A DNA stretch of 60,453 bases, from assembly GCA_025360845.1 (NCBI GenBank), contig JANYBJ010000148.1, positions 1-60,453 on the forward strand, read 5' to 3'. This document shows, piece by piece, positions 46,080 through 56,053 of the stretch. The stretch comes from a bacterium (GTDB lineage Bacteria > Verrucomicrobiota > Kiritimatiellia > RFP12 > UBA1067). Each line of letters starts with the position of its first letter. Position 1 is the stretch's first letter. The notes below the pieces were generated by a model that saw only the letters and a program-made list of their open reading frames with translations, ran no database searches and was not told the DNA's origin. Made by a program: the position numbers and the translations under genes.

Positions 46080-46189
46080 GCGCGTGGACACGGCCCCTTT
46101 GGGCTTAAGCAATGAACGCGACCTCGCCGGGACGACACGATCAACGGAGTCTGGCGGGGTCGCATATCTCAAACGGTCCGCCAGGTGAG

Positions 46190-47482
46190 ATGCCCTTCAT
46201 GCAAGCAAAACCGTTGCGGGTACTGTGCGCCTTTGCCTTCGTTGCAGGCGTCTCGACCGGATATTCAGCGGAGCAAGCAGGGGCGACCAACCTCACTCTC
46301 GCCGCCGCCTTGGAGCAGGCCTTCAGCGACAATCCTGACTTGCAAAGTCTTCGCTCCAAGTGGGAGGCCATGCTCGAGCGGCCTGCTCAGGCCGGGGCGC
46401 TGCCGAACCCGATGCTCAAGTTCGGCGCCATGGACGCGGCGTACGAAGGCACCTGGCCCAACACAAACGAAAAACGGATCATGGTGGAGCAGCAGTTTCC
46501 CTGGTTCGGCAAGCGCGGCCTCCGCGAGGGCATCGCCCGGAAGGACGCCGAGGCCATGCGGCACGAGCTCGAATCCATGACCCGCGAAGTGGTGCTGATG
46601 GTCAAGGAGAGCTATTTCGGACTCTATGCCGTCCAGCAGGCGATCGCGATCACGCGGAACGAGGCAACGGTCCTGCAGCGCATGGCGAAAATCTCCGAGA
46701 CGATGTACGCGACGGGTGAGCGCACCCAGCAGGACGTTCTCAAGGCCCAGTCGGAAATCACCATGCTGAAGCAGCGCCTGCTCGAGCTTGACGCCCAGGA
46801 AAACGCCCTGCAGGCCAAGCTGAATACCCTGCTCAACCGGCGTGCCGACGCGCCGCCGGGCGCGGCCGTGACACCCCCGGAAGCCGCCTTCAACGGGACT
46901 CCGGAAGCGCTCTTCGCCCTCGCGGCCGCGAACCGTCCGGAAGTCCGCGCGGCGCAGGCGCGGATCGAACGCTACGAACTGGAGAAGGAGTTGATGGCCA
47001 AGGAGTCCATGCCCGACTACCAGCTCGGCGTGGAATACCGCAGCATCGGCGGCGGCGAAAACATGGTCATGCTCACCCTCGGCGTGGAGCTGCCGATCTG
47101 GCTGGAGAAAAACAAGGCCGGCGTCCGCGAGGCGGAAAAGATGCGGGCTTCGAGCGAAGCCGCCCGCGATTCCGCCAAGCGGAACAGCGCCCTCGACGTT
47201 CAGGACGCAGCCTTCAAGCTGCAGACCGCCCGGCGCATGCTCGCGCTCTATAAGACCGAACTCATCCCTCAAGCCGAAACACGCTTCAACGCCAGCGAAG
47301 TCGACTATCAGACCGGAAAAACCGATTTCATGGACTTCCTCGAAAGCCAGCGTTTCCTGCTCGGCATCCGCGTCATGGCCGCCATGGCGGAAGGCGACGT
47401 CGGCATGCAGTTCGCCCGCCTGGAGCGGGCCGTCGGCGCAGAGCTGAATGCGGCCCCGGCACCGGGAGAAAACAACAAATGA
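46190..47482 (+). CDS. TolC-family outer membrane efflux protein (CusC-like)
   Basis: NPDLQ, LPNP, QQFPWFGKR, NRPEV, YQTGKTDFMDFL. Confidence 0.9.
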   Translation: MPFMQAKPLRVLCAFAFVAGVSTGYSAEQAGATNLTLAAALEQAFSDNPDLQSLRSKWEAMLERPAQAGALPNPMLKFGAMDAAYEGTWPNTNEKRIMVEQQFPWFGKRGLREGIARKDAEAMRHELESMTREVVLMVKESYFGLYAVQQAIAITRNEATVLQRMAKISETMYATGERTQQDVLKAQSEITMLKQRLLELDAQENALQAKLNTLLNRRADAPPGAAVTPPEAAFNGTPEALFALAAANRPEVRAAQARIERYELEKELMAKESMPDYQLGVEYRSIGGGENMVMLTLGVELPIWLEKNKAGVREAEKMRASSEAARDSAKRNSALDVQDAAFKLQTARRMLALYKTELIPQAETRFNASEVDYQTGKTDFMDFLESQRFLLGIRVMAAMAEGDVGMQFARLERAVGAELNAAPAPGENNK

Positions 47483-48789
47483 GAATTCGCCTGCTCGCCC
47501 TGTTGGCCTGTTCCTTCGCCGCGGCTGTTTTCACGGCGCTTCCCACCGGCTGCGGACGCGACACGCGCGGGCACGGCGCCGCGCTGCGGTACCACTGCCC
47601 GATGCACCCCACGGTCGTCTCCGACAAGCCCGGCGACTGCCCGATCTGCGGGATGAAACTGGTGCCGATGGAGGAGCAGAAGGCCCCTGCCCAAGCCGCG
47701 AAATTCCACTGCCCCATGCATCCGACTGTGGTGTCCGACAAGGCGGGCGACTGTCCCATCTGCGGGATGAAACTCGTGCCCATGGAAGAGTCGGCTCCGG
47801 GCGACACCAACACGCCGCCGGGACTGGCTTCCGTCTCCATCATGCCGGCGGCGCGCGAGCGCATGGGGCTGACGCTCGGAACCGTGGCGAAACGCAAACT
47901 CTCCCGCGAAATCCGTACCTCGGCGCGGATCGTCGCCGACGAAACGCGGCTGCATCATGTCACGGTTAAGATCGAGGGTTATGTGGAGGAGCTTTTCACC
48001 GCCACGATCGGCCAACAGGTGAAGCAGGGCGAGCCCCTCCTGACCATCTACAGCCCGATGCTGGTTTCGGCGCAGCAGGAATACCTGAACGTGCTGAACA
48101 ACAACGCGGGTCTGGCGGCGGCGGCCCGGAAGCGGCTGACCCTCTGGGACATCACCGACGAGCAGATCGAGCGGCTGGCCAAGACGGGCCAGCCCGAACG
48201 TACCGTCACGCTCTTCGCGCCAGCCAGCGGCTGGATCATCGAGCGCGACATCTCCGCGGGCCACAGGGTCATGGCGGGCGAGCAGCTGATGGTCCTGGGC
48301 GACCTCTCGAGCGTCTGGGCGGATTCGGACATCTATCAGTCCGACCTGCCAAACGTGAAGATGGGGATGCCCGTCGAACTGGCCGTTTCGGCCGCGCCGG
48401 ACATGACCTTCACGGGCAAGGTCAGCTTTATCTCCCCTTCACTGGACGCAGGGACCCGCACGGTCAAGGTGCGCATGGAAATTCCGAACGCCGGTTTGCT
48501 GCTGAAGCCTGAAATGTTCGCGGTCGCGCGGCTGGCGTTCGACCTCGGCGAGAAGCTGGCCATCCCCGAGGCCGCCGTGATGCGCACCGGCGTGCGCTCC
48601 TATGCGTTCCGCGACGCGGGCGAAGGCCGGCTCGAGCCGACCGAGATCAAGCTCGGCGCGCGCACCGACGGCTGGTTCGAGCTGCTCGACGGACTCAAGG
48701 AGGGCGACAAGGTCGTGACCTCCGCGAATTTCCTTGTGGATTCCGAGTCTTCCATGAAAGCCGCCATCGAGGCCCTTTCCGGAAAATAA
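47479..48789 (+). CDS. cusB: RND periplasmic adaptor with two heavy-metal-binding domains
   Basis: Two (Y/F)HCPMHP...CPICGMKLVP repeats, IYSPMLVSAQQEY, LKPEMF, SANFLVDSES. Confidence 0.9.
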   Translation: MRIRLLALLACSFAAAVFTALPTGCGRDTRGHGAALRYHCPMHPTVVSDKPGDCPICGMKLVPMEEQKAPAQAAKFHCPMHPTVVSDKAGDCPICGMKLVPMEESAPGDTNTPPGLASVSIMPAARERMGLTLGTVAKRKLSREIRTSARIVADETRLHHVTVKIEGYVEELFTATIGQQVKQGEPLLTIYSPMLVSAQQEYLNVLNNNAGLAAAARKRLTLWDITDEQIERLAKTGQPERTVTLFAPASGWIIERDISAGHRVMAGEQLMVLGDLSSVWADSDIYQSDLPNVKMGMPVELAVSAAPDMTFTGKVSFISPSLDAGTRTVKVRMEIPNAGLLLKPEMFAVARLAFDLGEKLAIPEAAVMRTGVRSYAFRDAGEGRLEPTEIKLGARTDGWFELLDGLKEGDKVVTSANFLVDSESSMKAAIEALSGK

Positions 48790-48792
48790 GCC

Positions 48793-51700
48793 ATGGCCGA
48801 TCAAGAACCGACCGAGAGACTATCGCTCATCACGCGGCTCATCGCGTTCAGCGCCGGCAACCGCCTGCTCGTGATCGGCTTGGTGGCGGCCGCGATCGGG
48901 TACGCCGTCTACGCGATGAAGAACATCCGGCTCGACGCCATCCCGGACCTCAGCGACACGCAGGTGATCGTCTACACGAAATGGGACCGCAGCCCGGACA
49001 TTCTGGAAGACCAGGTCACCTACCCGATCATCACCGCGCTGCTCGGCGCGCCCAAGGTCAAGGCGATCCGCGGCTTCAGCGACTTCGGCTTCAGCTACGT
49101 CTACGTCATTTTCCAAGACGGGACCGACATCTACTGGGCACGCTCCCGCGTGCTCGAATACCTGCAGAAGCTTTCCGGCAACCTTCCTGCCGGGGCCACG
49201 CCGCAGCTCGGACCGGACGCCACGGGCGTGGGTTGGGTGTTCCAGTATGCGCTGGTTGACAAAAGCGGCAAGCACAACCTGGCCGACCTGCGGAGCTATC
49301 AGGACTGGTACCTGCGCTACGCACTCCAGAGCGTGCCCGGCGTGGCCGAGGTCGCGGGCATCGGCGGCTTCCAGAAACAGTATCAGGTGACCATCGACCC
49401 CGCCCAGCTCCAAAGCTACGGCCTCTCGGTGATGGACGTGGCGGACGCGATCCGCAAGAGCAACAACGAGGTCGGCGGGCGGCTCATCGAGTGGAGCGGG
49501 CGCGAATACATGGTGCGGGGCCGCGGCTACGTCAAGGACACCGCCGCGCTCGGCGAGGTGGTCGTCAAAACCGGCAAGACGGGCACGCCCGTCCTGCTGG
49601 GCGACGTGGCCACGATCCAGACGGGGCCGCAGATGCGGCGCGGCGTCTCCGACCTCGACGGCAACGGCGACACCGTCGGCGGCGTGGTGGTCATGCGCCA
49701 CGGCGAGAATGCGCTGAACGTGATCAAGCGCGTGAAGGCCAAGCTGGAGGAGCTGAAGCCCTCCATGCCCGAGGGCGTCGAGGCGGTCATCACCTACGAC
49801 CGCTCGGACCTGATCCAGAAGGCCATCGACAACCTGCGGGAAGAGCTGCTCGTCGAAATGCTCATCGTCAGCCTGGTGATCCTCCTGTTCCTCTGGCATA
49901 TCCCGTCGGCCATCGTGCCGATCATCACGATCCCGGTTTCGGTCATCCTGTGCTTCATCCCGATGTACATGCTGGGGCTCTCCTCCAACATCATGAGCCT
50001 GGCGGGCATCGCCATCTCCATCGGCGTGCTGGTCGACGGCGCGATCGTCGAGGTGGAGAACGCCTACAAAAAGCTGGAGCTGTGGCAGGAGGGCGGCCGC
50101 CAAGGCGACTTCCACAAGGTGCGGCTGCAGGCGCTGATGGAGGTCGGCCCCTCGGTCTTCTTCTCGCTGCTGGTCATCGCCGTGGCTTTCCTCCCGGTCT
50201 TCACGCTCGTGGACCAGGAGGGCCGCCTCTTCAAGCCGCTCGCCTACACCAAGACGCTGGCGATCGGCTTGGCCGCGCTGCTCGCGGTGACGCTCGACCC
50301 GGCGGTGCGCATGTTGTTTGTGCGGATGGATCCGTTCAGCTTCCGCCCCCGCTGGCTCGCGGGGTTCTTCACCTCGCTCTTTGTCGGCAAGTACCACAAG
50401 GAAGAGAAACACCCCATCAGCCGCATCCTGTTCTGGCTTTACGAGAAACCCTGCCGGCTCGTGCTGCGCTGGCCGAAGACCGTCATCTTTCTGGCCCTCG
50501 CGATTGTGGCCAGCACCGTGCCCGTCTACCTGAAGCTCGGCAGCGAGTTCATGCCGCCGCTCAATGAAGGCACGATCCTCTACATGCCCACGACCCTGCC
50601 CGGCATCTCCGTCACCGAGGCGCAGCGGCTGATGGAGACGCAGGACCGCATCATCCGCTCGTTCCCCGAGGTCGTGTCGGTCTTCGGCAAGGCGGGCCGC
50701 ATCGACAGCTCCACCGACCCCGCGCCGTTCTCGATGATGGAGACCACCGTGGTCCTCAAGCCGCCAGCCGAGTGGCGCGCCAAGCCGCGCGCCTTCTCCA
50801 CATGGCCGAAGCCGCTTCGGTCGGTGCTCGGCCACATCTGGCCGGAGCACATCTCCTGGGAAGAGCTGACCGACGAAATGGACAAGGCGCTGCAGATTCC
50901 CGGCTGCGTCAACGCCTGGACCATGCCGATCAAGGGCCGCATCGACATGCTCACCACCGGCGTGCGCACCCCCATCGGCATCAAGATCTTCGGCTCCAGC
51001 CTCGACGAGATCCAGCGCATCGGCGAACAGATCGAGACGGCCCTGCGCGCCGTGCCCGGCACGCGCAGCGTCTTTGCCGAGCGCGCGTCGGGCGGCTACT
51101 TCGTGGACATCACTCCTGACCGCAAGGCACTGGCCCGCTACGGCCTGACGATCGACGATCTGCAGGGCGTCATCATGACTGCCATCGGCGGCGAGAACAT
51201 CACGACCACGGTCGAAGGCCGCGAGCGCTACAGCATCAACCTCCGCTACCCGCGCGACCTGCGGGCCGACCTCGACCAGCTCCGGCGCGTGCTCGTCACT
51301 GCCCGCAATATGGCCGGCGCTGAAAGTGCCGTTTCCGGCGGCATGAAGGGCGGCGCGGCGGGCAACGGCCCAGGCGTTATCCAGATCCCCATCTCCGAAC
51401 TCGCCGAGATCTCATTGGTCAACGGCCCGGCCATGATCCGCGACGAGAACGGCATGCTCGCGGGCTACGTCTATGTGGACATCACCGGCCGCGACATCGG
51501 CGGCTACGTCGAGGATGCTAAGCAAGCCGTCTTCAAGCAGGTGAAGCTGCCGACCGGCTACTCCCTGACCTGGAGCGGCCAGTATGAGAACATGATGCGC
51601 GTCCGCGAGCGCCTGAAGGTCGTCATCCCCGTCACCATCCTGCTGATCTTCCTGCTGCTGTACATGAACACCCGGTCCGCTTTCAAGGCGACGGTGGTGA

Positions 51701-52230
51701 TGCTGGCCGTGCCCTTCTCCGTCGTCGGCGCGGTCTGGCTCATGTACCTGCTGGGCTACAACATCTCGATCGCGGCCTGGGTCGGCATGATCGCCCTGAT
51801 GGGGCTCGACGCCGAGACCGGGGTCTTTATGCTGCTGTTCCTTGACCTGTCCTACGCGGAGGCGAAGAGCAAAGGGCTGCTGCGCAATCTGGCGGACCTG
51901 AAGGAGGCGATCATCCACGGCGCGGTCAAGCGCGTCCGCCCCAAGATGATGACCGTCGCGGCGGCCTCCATGGGCCTGATGCCGATCATGTGGTCGGCCG
52001 GGACCGGCGCGGATCTGATGAAGCGCGTTGCGGCCCCCATGGTCGGAGGCCTCTTCACCTCGTTCCTCATGGAACTGCTGGTCTACCCGGCGATCTACCT
52101 GCTCTGGCGCTCGCGGCAGCTCAAGCCGGAGCCGGAGCCGGATACGGAAGCGACCGCTGAGACAGTGGATCAAACGCCTTCACCCGAGCAGCCGGTTAGT
52201 CCAGGATCGGAACCGTCCGGAAGAGGATGA
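48793..52230 (+). CDS. cusA: CusA/CzcA family heavy-metal efflux RND transporter
   Basis: LDAIPDLSDTQVI, LGPDATGVGWV, GSEFMPPLNEG.ILYMP, DPAPFSMMET, RVRPKMMT. Confidence 0.95.
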   Translation: MADQEPTERLSLITRLIAFSAGNRLLVIGLVAAAIGYAVYAMKNIRLDAIPDLSDTQVIVYTKWDRSPDILEDQVTYPIITALLGAPKVKAIRGFSDFGFSYVYVIFQDGTDIYWARSRVLEYLQKLSGNLPAGATPQLGPDATGVGWVFQYALVDKSGKHNLADLRSYQDWYLRYALQSVPGVAEVAGIGGFQKQYQVTIDPAQLQSYGLSVMDVADAIRKSNNEVGGRLIEWSGREYMVRGRGYVKDTAALGEVVVKTGKTGTPVLLGDVATIQTGPQMRRGVSDLDGNGDTVGGVVVMRHGENALNVIKRVKAKLEELKPSMPEGVEAVITYDRSDLIQKAIDNLREELLVEMLIVSLVILLFLWHIPSAIVPIITIPVSVILCFIPMYMLGLSSNIMSLAGIAISIGVLVDGAIVEVENAYKKLELWQEGGRQGDFHKVRLQALMEVGPSVFFSLLVIAVAFLPVFTLVDQEGRLFKPLAYTKTLAIGLAALLAVTLDPAVRMLFVRMDPFSFRPRWLAGFFTSLFVGKYHKEEKHPISRILFWLYEKPCRLVLRWPKTVIFLALAIVASTVPVYLKLGSEFMPPLNEGTILYMPTTLPGISVTEAQRLMETQDRIIRSFPEVVSVFGKAGRIDSSTDPAPFSMMETTVVLKPPAEWRAKPRAFSTWPKPLRSVLGHIWPEHISWEELTDEMDKALQIPGCVNAWTMPIKGRIDMLTTGVRTPIGIKIFGSSLDEIQRIGEQIETALRAVPGTRSVFAERASGGYFVDITPDRKALARYGLTIDDLQGVIMTAIGGENITTTVEGRERYSINLRYPRDLRADLDQLRRVLVTARNMAGAESAVSGGMKGGAAGNGPGVIQIPISELAEISLVNGPAMIRDENGMLAGYVYVDITGRDIGGYVEDAKQAVFKQVKLPTGYSLTWSGQYENMMRVRERLKVVIPVTILLIFLLLYMNTRSAFKATVVMLAVPFSVVGAVWLMYLLGYNISIAAWVGMIALMGLDAETGVFMLLFLDLSYAEAKSKGLLRNLADLKEAIIHGAVKRVRPKMMTVAAASMGLMPIMWSAGTGADLMKRVAAPMVGGLFTSFLMELLVYPAIYLLWRSRQLKPEPEPDTEATAETVDQTPSPEQPVSPGSEPSGRG

Positions 52231-52496
52231 TGCATGGGCACACCTGCAGTCCGCTGGGTGGTCTTGGTGAGTTTTCCCCTTCCCGTCTTTTCCTCGATGA
52301 TCATGTCGCCCGCGCCGAACACGCGGTTGTTCTTGTCCTCGAAACCCTTGATGAGATCCGTGAACTTGGAATCGCCGAATTTGATCTGCTCGATGCCATG
52401 TACGTAAGTCCATGCTCGCCAGCCTTGGCAGAGCCCCGCGGTTATGCTAATGTAACCGCAATAATAAATGGGGACGGTTTTAGAAGGGGGATTCCG

Positions 52497-55400
52497 ATGA
52501 GGGGGTTTATTGCTTCTTTGGGTGTGGCCGTGTGTCTTGTGCCGGCTTTGCTCCGGGCAGACGCGAAAGAGGACACGCTGATTCAATCGCTGACCGCGGT
52601 CAGGGCCGCTTTTCATCAGGGGCTTTCGCAGTGCAGCGACAATGCCGCGCGGATACCGGCGTCGTTCAAGCCGTATCAGAGTCCCAAGATCAGCCACGGC
52701 GATGCGCCGGCGGCGGTCTCCGTCGACGTGACCGGACTTGAGCACCTCTGCCTCGTGGCGGAGGGGACGATGGGCGGCGGCCACACCTATTGGGGCGAGC
52801 CGGTGTTGATCGATCAGGCGGGCAAGGCCACGCGCCTCACCGAACTACAGCCGCAGGTGGTTGTGCTGGGCTGGAGCGAACTGCGCGTCGCCAAGAGCGG
52901 CGGTCAGTACTCCATCGGTAAGCAGAAGATGGAGTTCGGCCTCTTCGCGCACGTCGACAGCTACCTCAGCTACGCGCTCGACAAAAAGTATGTGAAGTTC
53001 GAGGCCAAGGCGGGGCTCTCCGACTCTGGTTCGCCCGGAGCGTACGCGACGTTCAGCGTGTTGGGCGGCTTCGACAAGCGGATGACGCAGGCGATCGTCA
53101 AAGGCAGCATGGACAACGAGAGCGTGGGGGACCTCGGTCGCGAGTGGCTGGTGGCGGCCGAGGGCGGCACGCTGGAGCTGGCGCGCTGGATCCGCACGCC
53201 GGGACCGGAGCTGATCGCCGAGGCGACCCGCAAGCTGCTGGCGCAGTGCGGCGACGAGCCCGGGCTGGCTCAGCGGCTGGCAGACGTGGCCGCATCCAAG
53301 AAGGACGGGGGGGAGGTTGAGTGGCTGAAGCTCTATTTTGACGTGCTCAAGGCCAAACGCGAATACGCCGCGCTCGACGAGGCGGTCGCCCAGCTCGACG
53401 CGCTGTGCGCGTTCATGAAATCCGAAGGAGCGAAGATCGACGGGTTCCGCGCGGAGATCGACGTGGCCAAGCAGGGCGCTGCAGCCGAGCGCAAGAAAGG
53501 CGTGCAGGCCCTGCGGGCGTACAGCGATAAGTTAGCCGTGCTGCGCCGCAAGATACTCTTCAGCCACCCGGCTGCGGATTTCAAAGACCTGCTGGTCGAC
53601 GTGCGGCATATCCCGCTCTACTACCACAACGTGGATCAGTACATCGGCAAAAGCAGCCGCGTGGCGCCCGGCCTGATGGTTCTGGAGGGCTGGAAGAGCG
53701 CCGCGCCGAAAGAGCGTTGGCTGACGCGCGACAAGCTGCCGCCGGGCTGCACGCAGCACCCCGATCTCTCGTACGACGGCAAGCGCGCGCTCTTCAGTTT
53801 TTGCGACCACACCGAGAAGAACGCCGACAGGCGGCGCTTCCTGATCTACGAGGCGGCGATCGACGGCAGCGGCGTGCGGCAGGTGACGGGCACGGCGGCC
53901 GACCCCTGGGAAAAGACGCGGCGCGATGGCAACTACACGGTGATGATCGAGGACTTCGACCCGCACTATCTGCCGGACGGCGGGTTCGTCTTCACCTCCA
54001 CGCGCAGTCAGGACATCGCGCGCTGCCATGCGGGGCGCAACGCTCCGGCCTTCCTGATCCATCGCGGCGAACTGGACGGCAGCGGTGTCCGGGCGCTCAG
54101 TTGGGGCGAGGCGAACGAGCTTGACCCGGCTGTGTTGAACGACGGGCGGATCATCTACAACCGCTGGGAGTACGTCAACCGTCACGACTGCCTGTTCCAC
54201 AAGCTCTGGAGCATGAAGCCCGACGGCACGGGCGCGGCGAATTTTTACGGCAACCTCACGCCCTATCCGCAATCGATCACCGAGCCGCGCCCGATTCCCG
54301 GCAGCGGCAAGGTGATGGCCACGGCCACGGGCCACCACTCCTTCACGGCGGGCAGCATTATATTGATCGATCCGCTGAAAGGCGTGAACGGTCCAGACCC
54401 GGTCTATAAGCTCACGCCGGAAGTCAAGTATCCCGAGTCGGAGGGCTGGGGCATGCCGACCTATGTTTCGCCGTATCCGCTGACCGAGAAGCTCTTCTTC
54501 GCGGCGTGGTCGCCTTATCCTCATGGCACCGATGGAGAGTCGGCGGGAAGTGTTTATGCGATTTATCTCGTGTTCCATCAGGACGGCAAGGCCTACCGCG
54601 AGCGGGTCTACGAGCCGAAAGAGGGCTTTTCCTGCTTTACGCCGCTCCCCTTGCGCTCGCGCCCCACACCGCCGGTGTTGCCCTCCGCACTCGTGGCGGG
54701 GTCGAACACGGGCAAGGGGGTGTTCTATGTGCAGAACGTCTATGAGAGCCTGCACACGATCGGGACGAACAACGTCAAGTATCTGCGCATCAACGCGCTC
54801 TTCAACCAGCCCACGCCCCGCGTGCCGCACCGGAGCTGGGTGATGGACGAGCTGGCCAAGGGCGTGCTCGGCACGGTGCCGGTCAACGCCGACGGTTCGA
54901 CCGCGTTCACGATCCCTTCGCACACGCCGGTGCAGGTGCAACTGCTCGACGCCGACAAGATGTGCGTGATGAACATGCGCTCGTTCATCTATCTTCAGGA
55001 CGGTGAGCGCATGAGCTGCGTGGGCTGCCACGAGGACCGCATGAAGTCGCCTCCGCCCGTGAATTACGCGGCGGCCCGCGTGTATGAGCCGACGCCCGTC
55101 CCCGGCCCTGACGCGAAGAAAGGATTCAATTATGTGGCCACCGTGCAGCCGGTGTTCGACCGCTACTGCATCCGCTACCGCGGGCTTGAGAAGACCGAGG
55201 GCAAAGTGAACCTGACGGGCGTGTACCTCGAACGCGAAACGGAGCGGTATCCGAGCGGCAGACTGCGCATGAGCAAGTCGTACGAGTCTCTGGTGATGAA
55301 CCCGAAATACTACAAGCTGATGGACCGCAACTGCGAGACGCCCTCCTCGGTGCCCGAGGATTATCTCTCGCACGCGAGCGGCCTGCCCGCATGGCTGAAA

Positions 55401-55874
55401 AAGCACGGCAAGGACAAGGGTGCGGAACTCGACCTTGCGAGCTGGGAGCGGGTGATCACGTGGCTGGACGTCAACGCGCAGCTCTACGGCAACTACAGCT
55501 TCAACCGCGAGGAGAACCGCACGGCCGACCCCGAGGGCGAGAAGGCGCTGCGCGCCTACGTGAAGGAGTGTTTCGGCGAGGCGCTGGCGGGGCAGCCCTT
55601 TGAGGCGCTGGTGAACAACGGGTGTGTCGACGAGAGCCGCATCCTCAACGCGCCGCTGGCGGTCGCGTCGGGCGGCTGGGGACAGACCCCCGGCTGGAAG
55701 AGCAAGGACGAGGCGGGTTATAAAAAGATGCATGGCCTGGTGGCGGCCTCGCTCGCGCCGCTGGCGTTCCACGATACGGACGGAACCTGTGGCGACCCCG
55801 AGCACTGCCGTTGCGGCGCGTGCTGGGTGAAGCCCTTCGAGACGGAGTACCGGAAGAAACAAGCGGTCCCTTAA
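52497..55874 (+). CDS. Secreted NPCBM + beta-propeller + hydrazine-synthase-alpha-middle-like domain protein with a CxxCH heme motif
   Basis: Signal peptide; NPCBM-like GLFAHVDS..Y.L, DPHYLPDGGFVFTSTR, DGRIIYNRWEY, LGTVPVNADGS..F..P, MRSFIYLQDGERMSCVGCHE. Confidence 0.85.
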   Translation: MRGFIASLGVAVCLVPALLRADAKEDTLIQSLTAVRAAFHQGLSQCSDNAARIPASFKPYQSPKISHGDAPAAVSVDVTGLEHLCLVAEGTMGGGHTYWGEPVLIDQAGKATRLTELQPQVVVLGWSELRVAKSGGQYSIGKQKMEFGLFAHVDSYLSYALDKKYVKFEAKAGLSDSGSPGAYATFSVLGGFDKRMTQAIVKGSMDNESVGDLGREWLVAAEGGTLELARWIRTPGPELIAEATRKLLAQCGDEPGLAQRLADVAASKKDGGEVEWLKLYFDVLKAKREYAALDEAVAQLDALCAFMKSEGAKIDGFRAEIDVAKQGAAAERKKGVQALRAYSDKLAVLRRKILFSHPAADFKDLLVDVRHIPLYYHNVDQYIGKSSRVAPGLMVLEGWKSAAPKERWLTRDKLPPGCTQHPDLSYDGKRALFSFCDHTEKNADRRRFLIYEAAIDGSGVRQVTGTAADPWEKTRRDGNYTVMIEDFDPHYLPDGGFVFTSTRSQDIARCHAGRNAPAFLIHRGELDGSGVRALSWGEANELDPAVLNDGRIIYNRWEYVNRHDCLFHKLWSMKPDGTGAANFYGNLTPYPQSITEPRPIPGSGKVMATATGHHSFTAGSIILIDPLKGVNGPDPVYKLTPEVKYPESEGWGMPTYVSPYPLTEKLFFAAWSPYPHGTDGESAGSVYAIYLVFHQDGKAYRERVYEPKEGFSCFTPLPLRSRPTPPVLPSALVAGSNTGKGVFYVQNVYESLHTIGTNNVKYLRINALFNQPTPRVPHRSWVMDELAKGVLGTVPVNADGSTAFTIPSHTPVQVQLLDADKMCVMNMRSFIYLQDGERMSCVGCHEDRMKSPPPVNYAAARVYEPTPVPGPDAKKGFNYVATVQPVFDRYCIRYRGLEKTEGKVNLTGVYLERETERYPSGRLRMSKSYESLVMNPKYYKLMDRNCETPSSVPEDYLSHASGLPAWLKKHGKDKGAELDLASWERVITWLDVNAQLYGNYSFNREENRTADPEGEKALRAYVKECFGEALAGQPFEALVNNGCVDESRILNAPLAVASGGWGQTPGWKSKDEAGYKKMHGLVAASLAPLAFHDTDGTCGDPEHCRCGACWVKPFETEYRKKQAVP

Positions 55875-55894
55875 GCGGATGGGTGGCCGTGGTT

Positions 55895-55924
55895 GAGAAG
55901 CGCCTTACGGCGCCACTACAAACG
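55895..55924 (-). repeat. Single REP, GTAGTG family
   Basis: gagaagcgccttacggcgccactacaaacg. Confidence 0.85.
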
Positions 55925-56053
55925 CTTGGGGCTGGCAGAAGTGAAATGCACCGTCGCCCCTTTTACACGGTTGAAAGAAGCCCGGTGAAAGCCTAACATA
56001 TGACGCATCAAAGCGCGTATACAGCGCTTAACCACACGGAGAGGAGACGGATC

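Noticed and set aside
52227-52496. 90-aa N-terminal extension of the HZS-like ORF coupled to cusA by ATGA
   Set aside because: A signal peptide and SD-like sequence support the start at 52497; the upstream stretch has coding bias on the opposite strand.
8487-55862. Long antisense or alternative-frame ORFs (e.g. 8487-10322, 10508-12343, 16440-18242, 31783-33747, 35225-37279, 48820-50850, 53532-55862)
   Set aside because: Shadow ORFs of high-GC genes; they overlap well-supported CDSs and lack recognisable motifs.
52497-55874. Anammox hydrazine synthase
   Set aside because: Only an HZS-alpha-like middle domain fused to NPCBM; no hzsB/C or hao genes; the family is widespread in non-anammox PVC bacteria.
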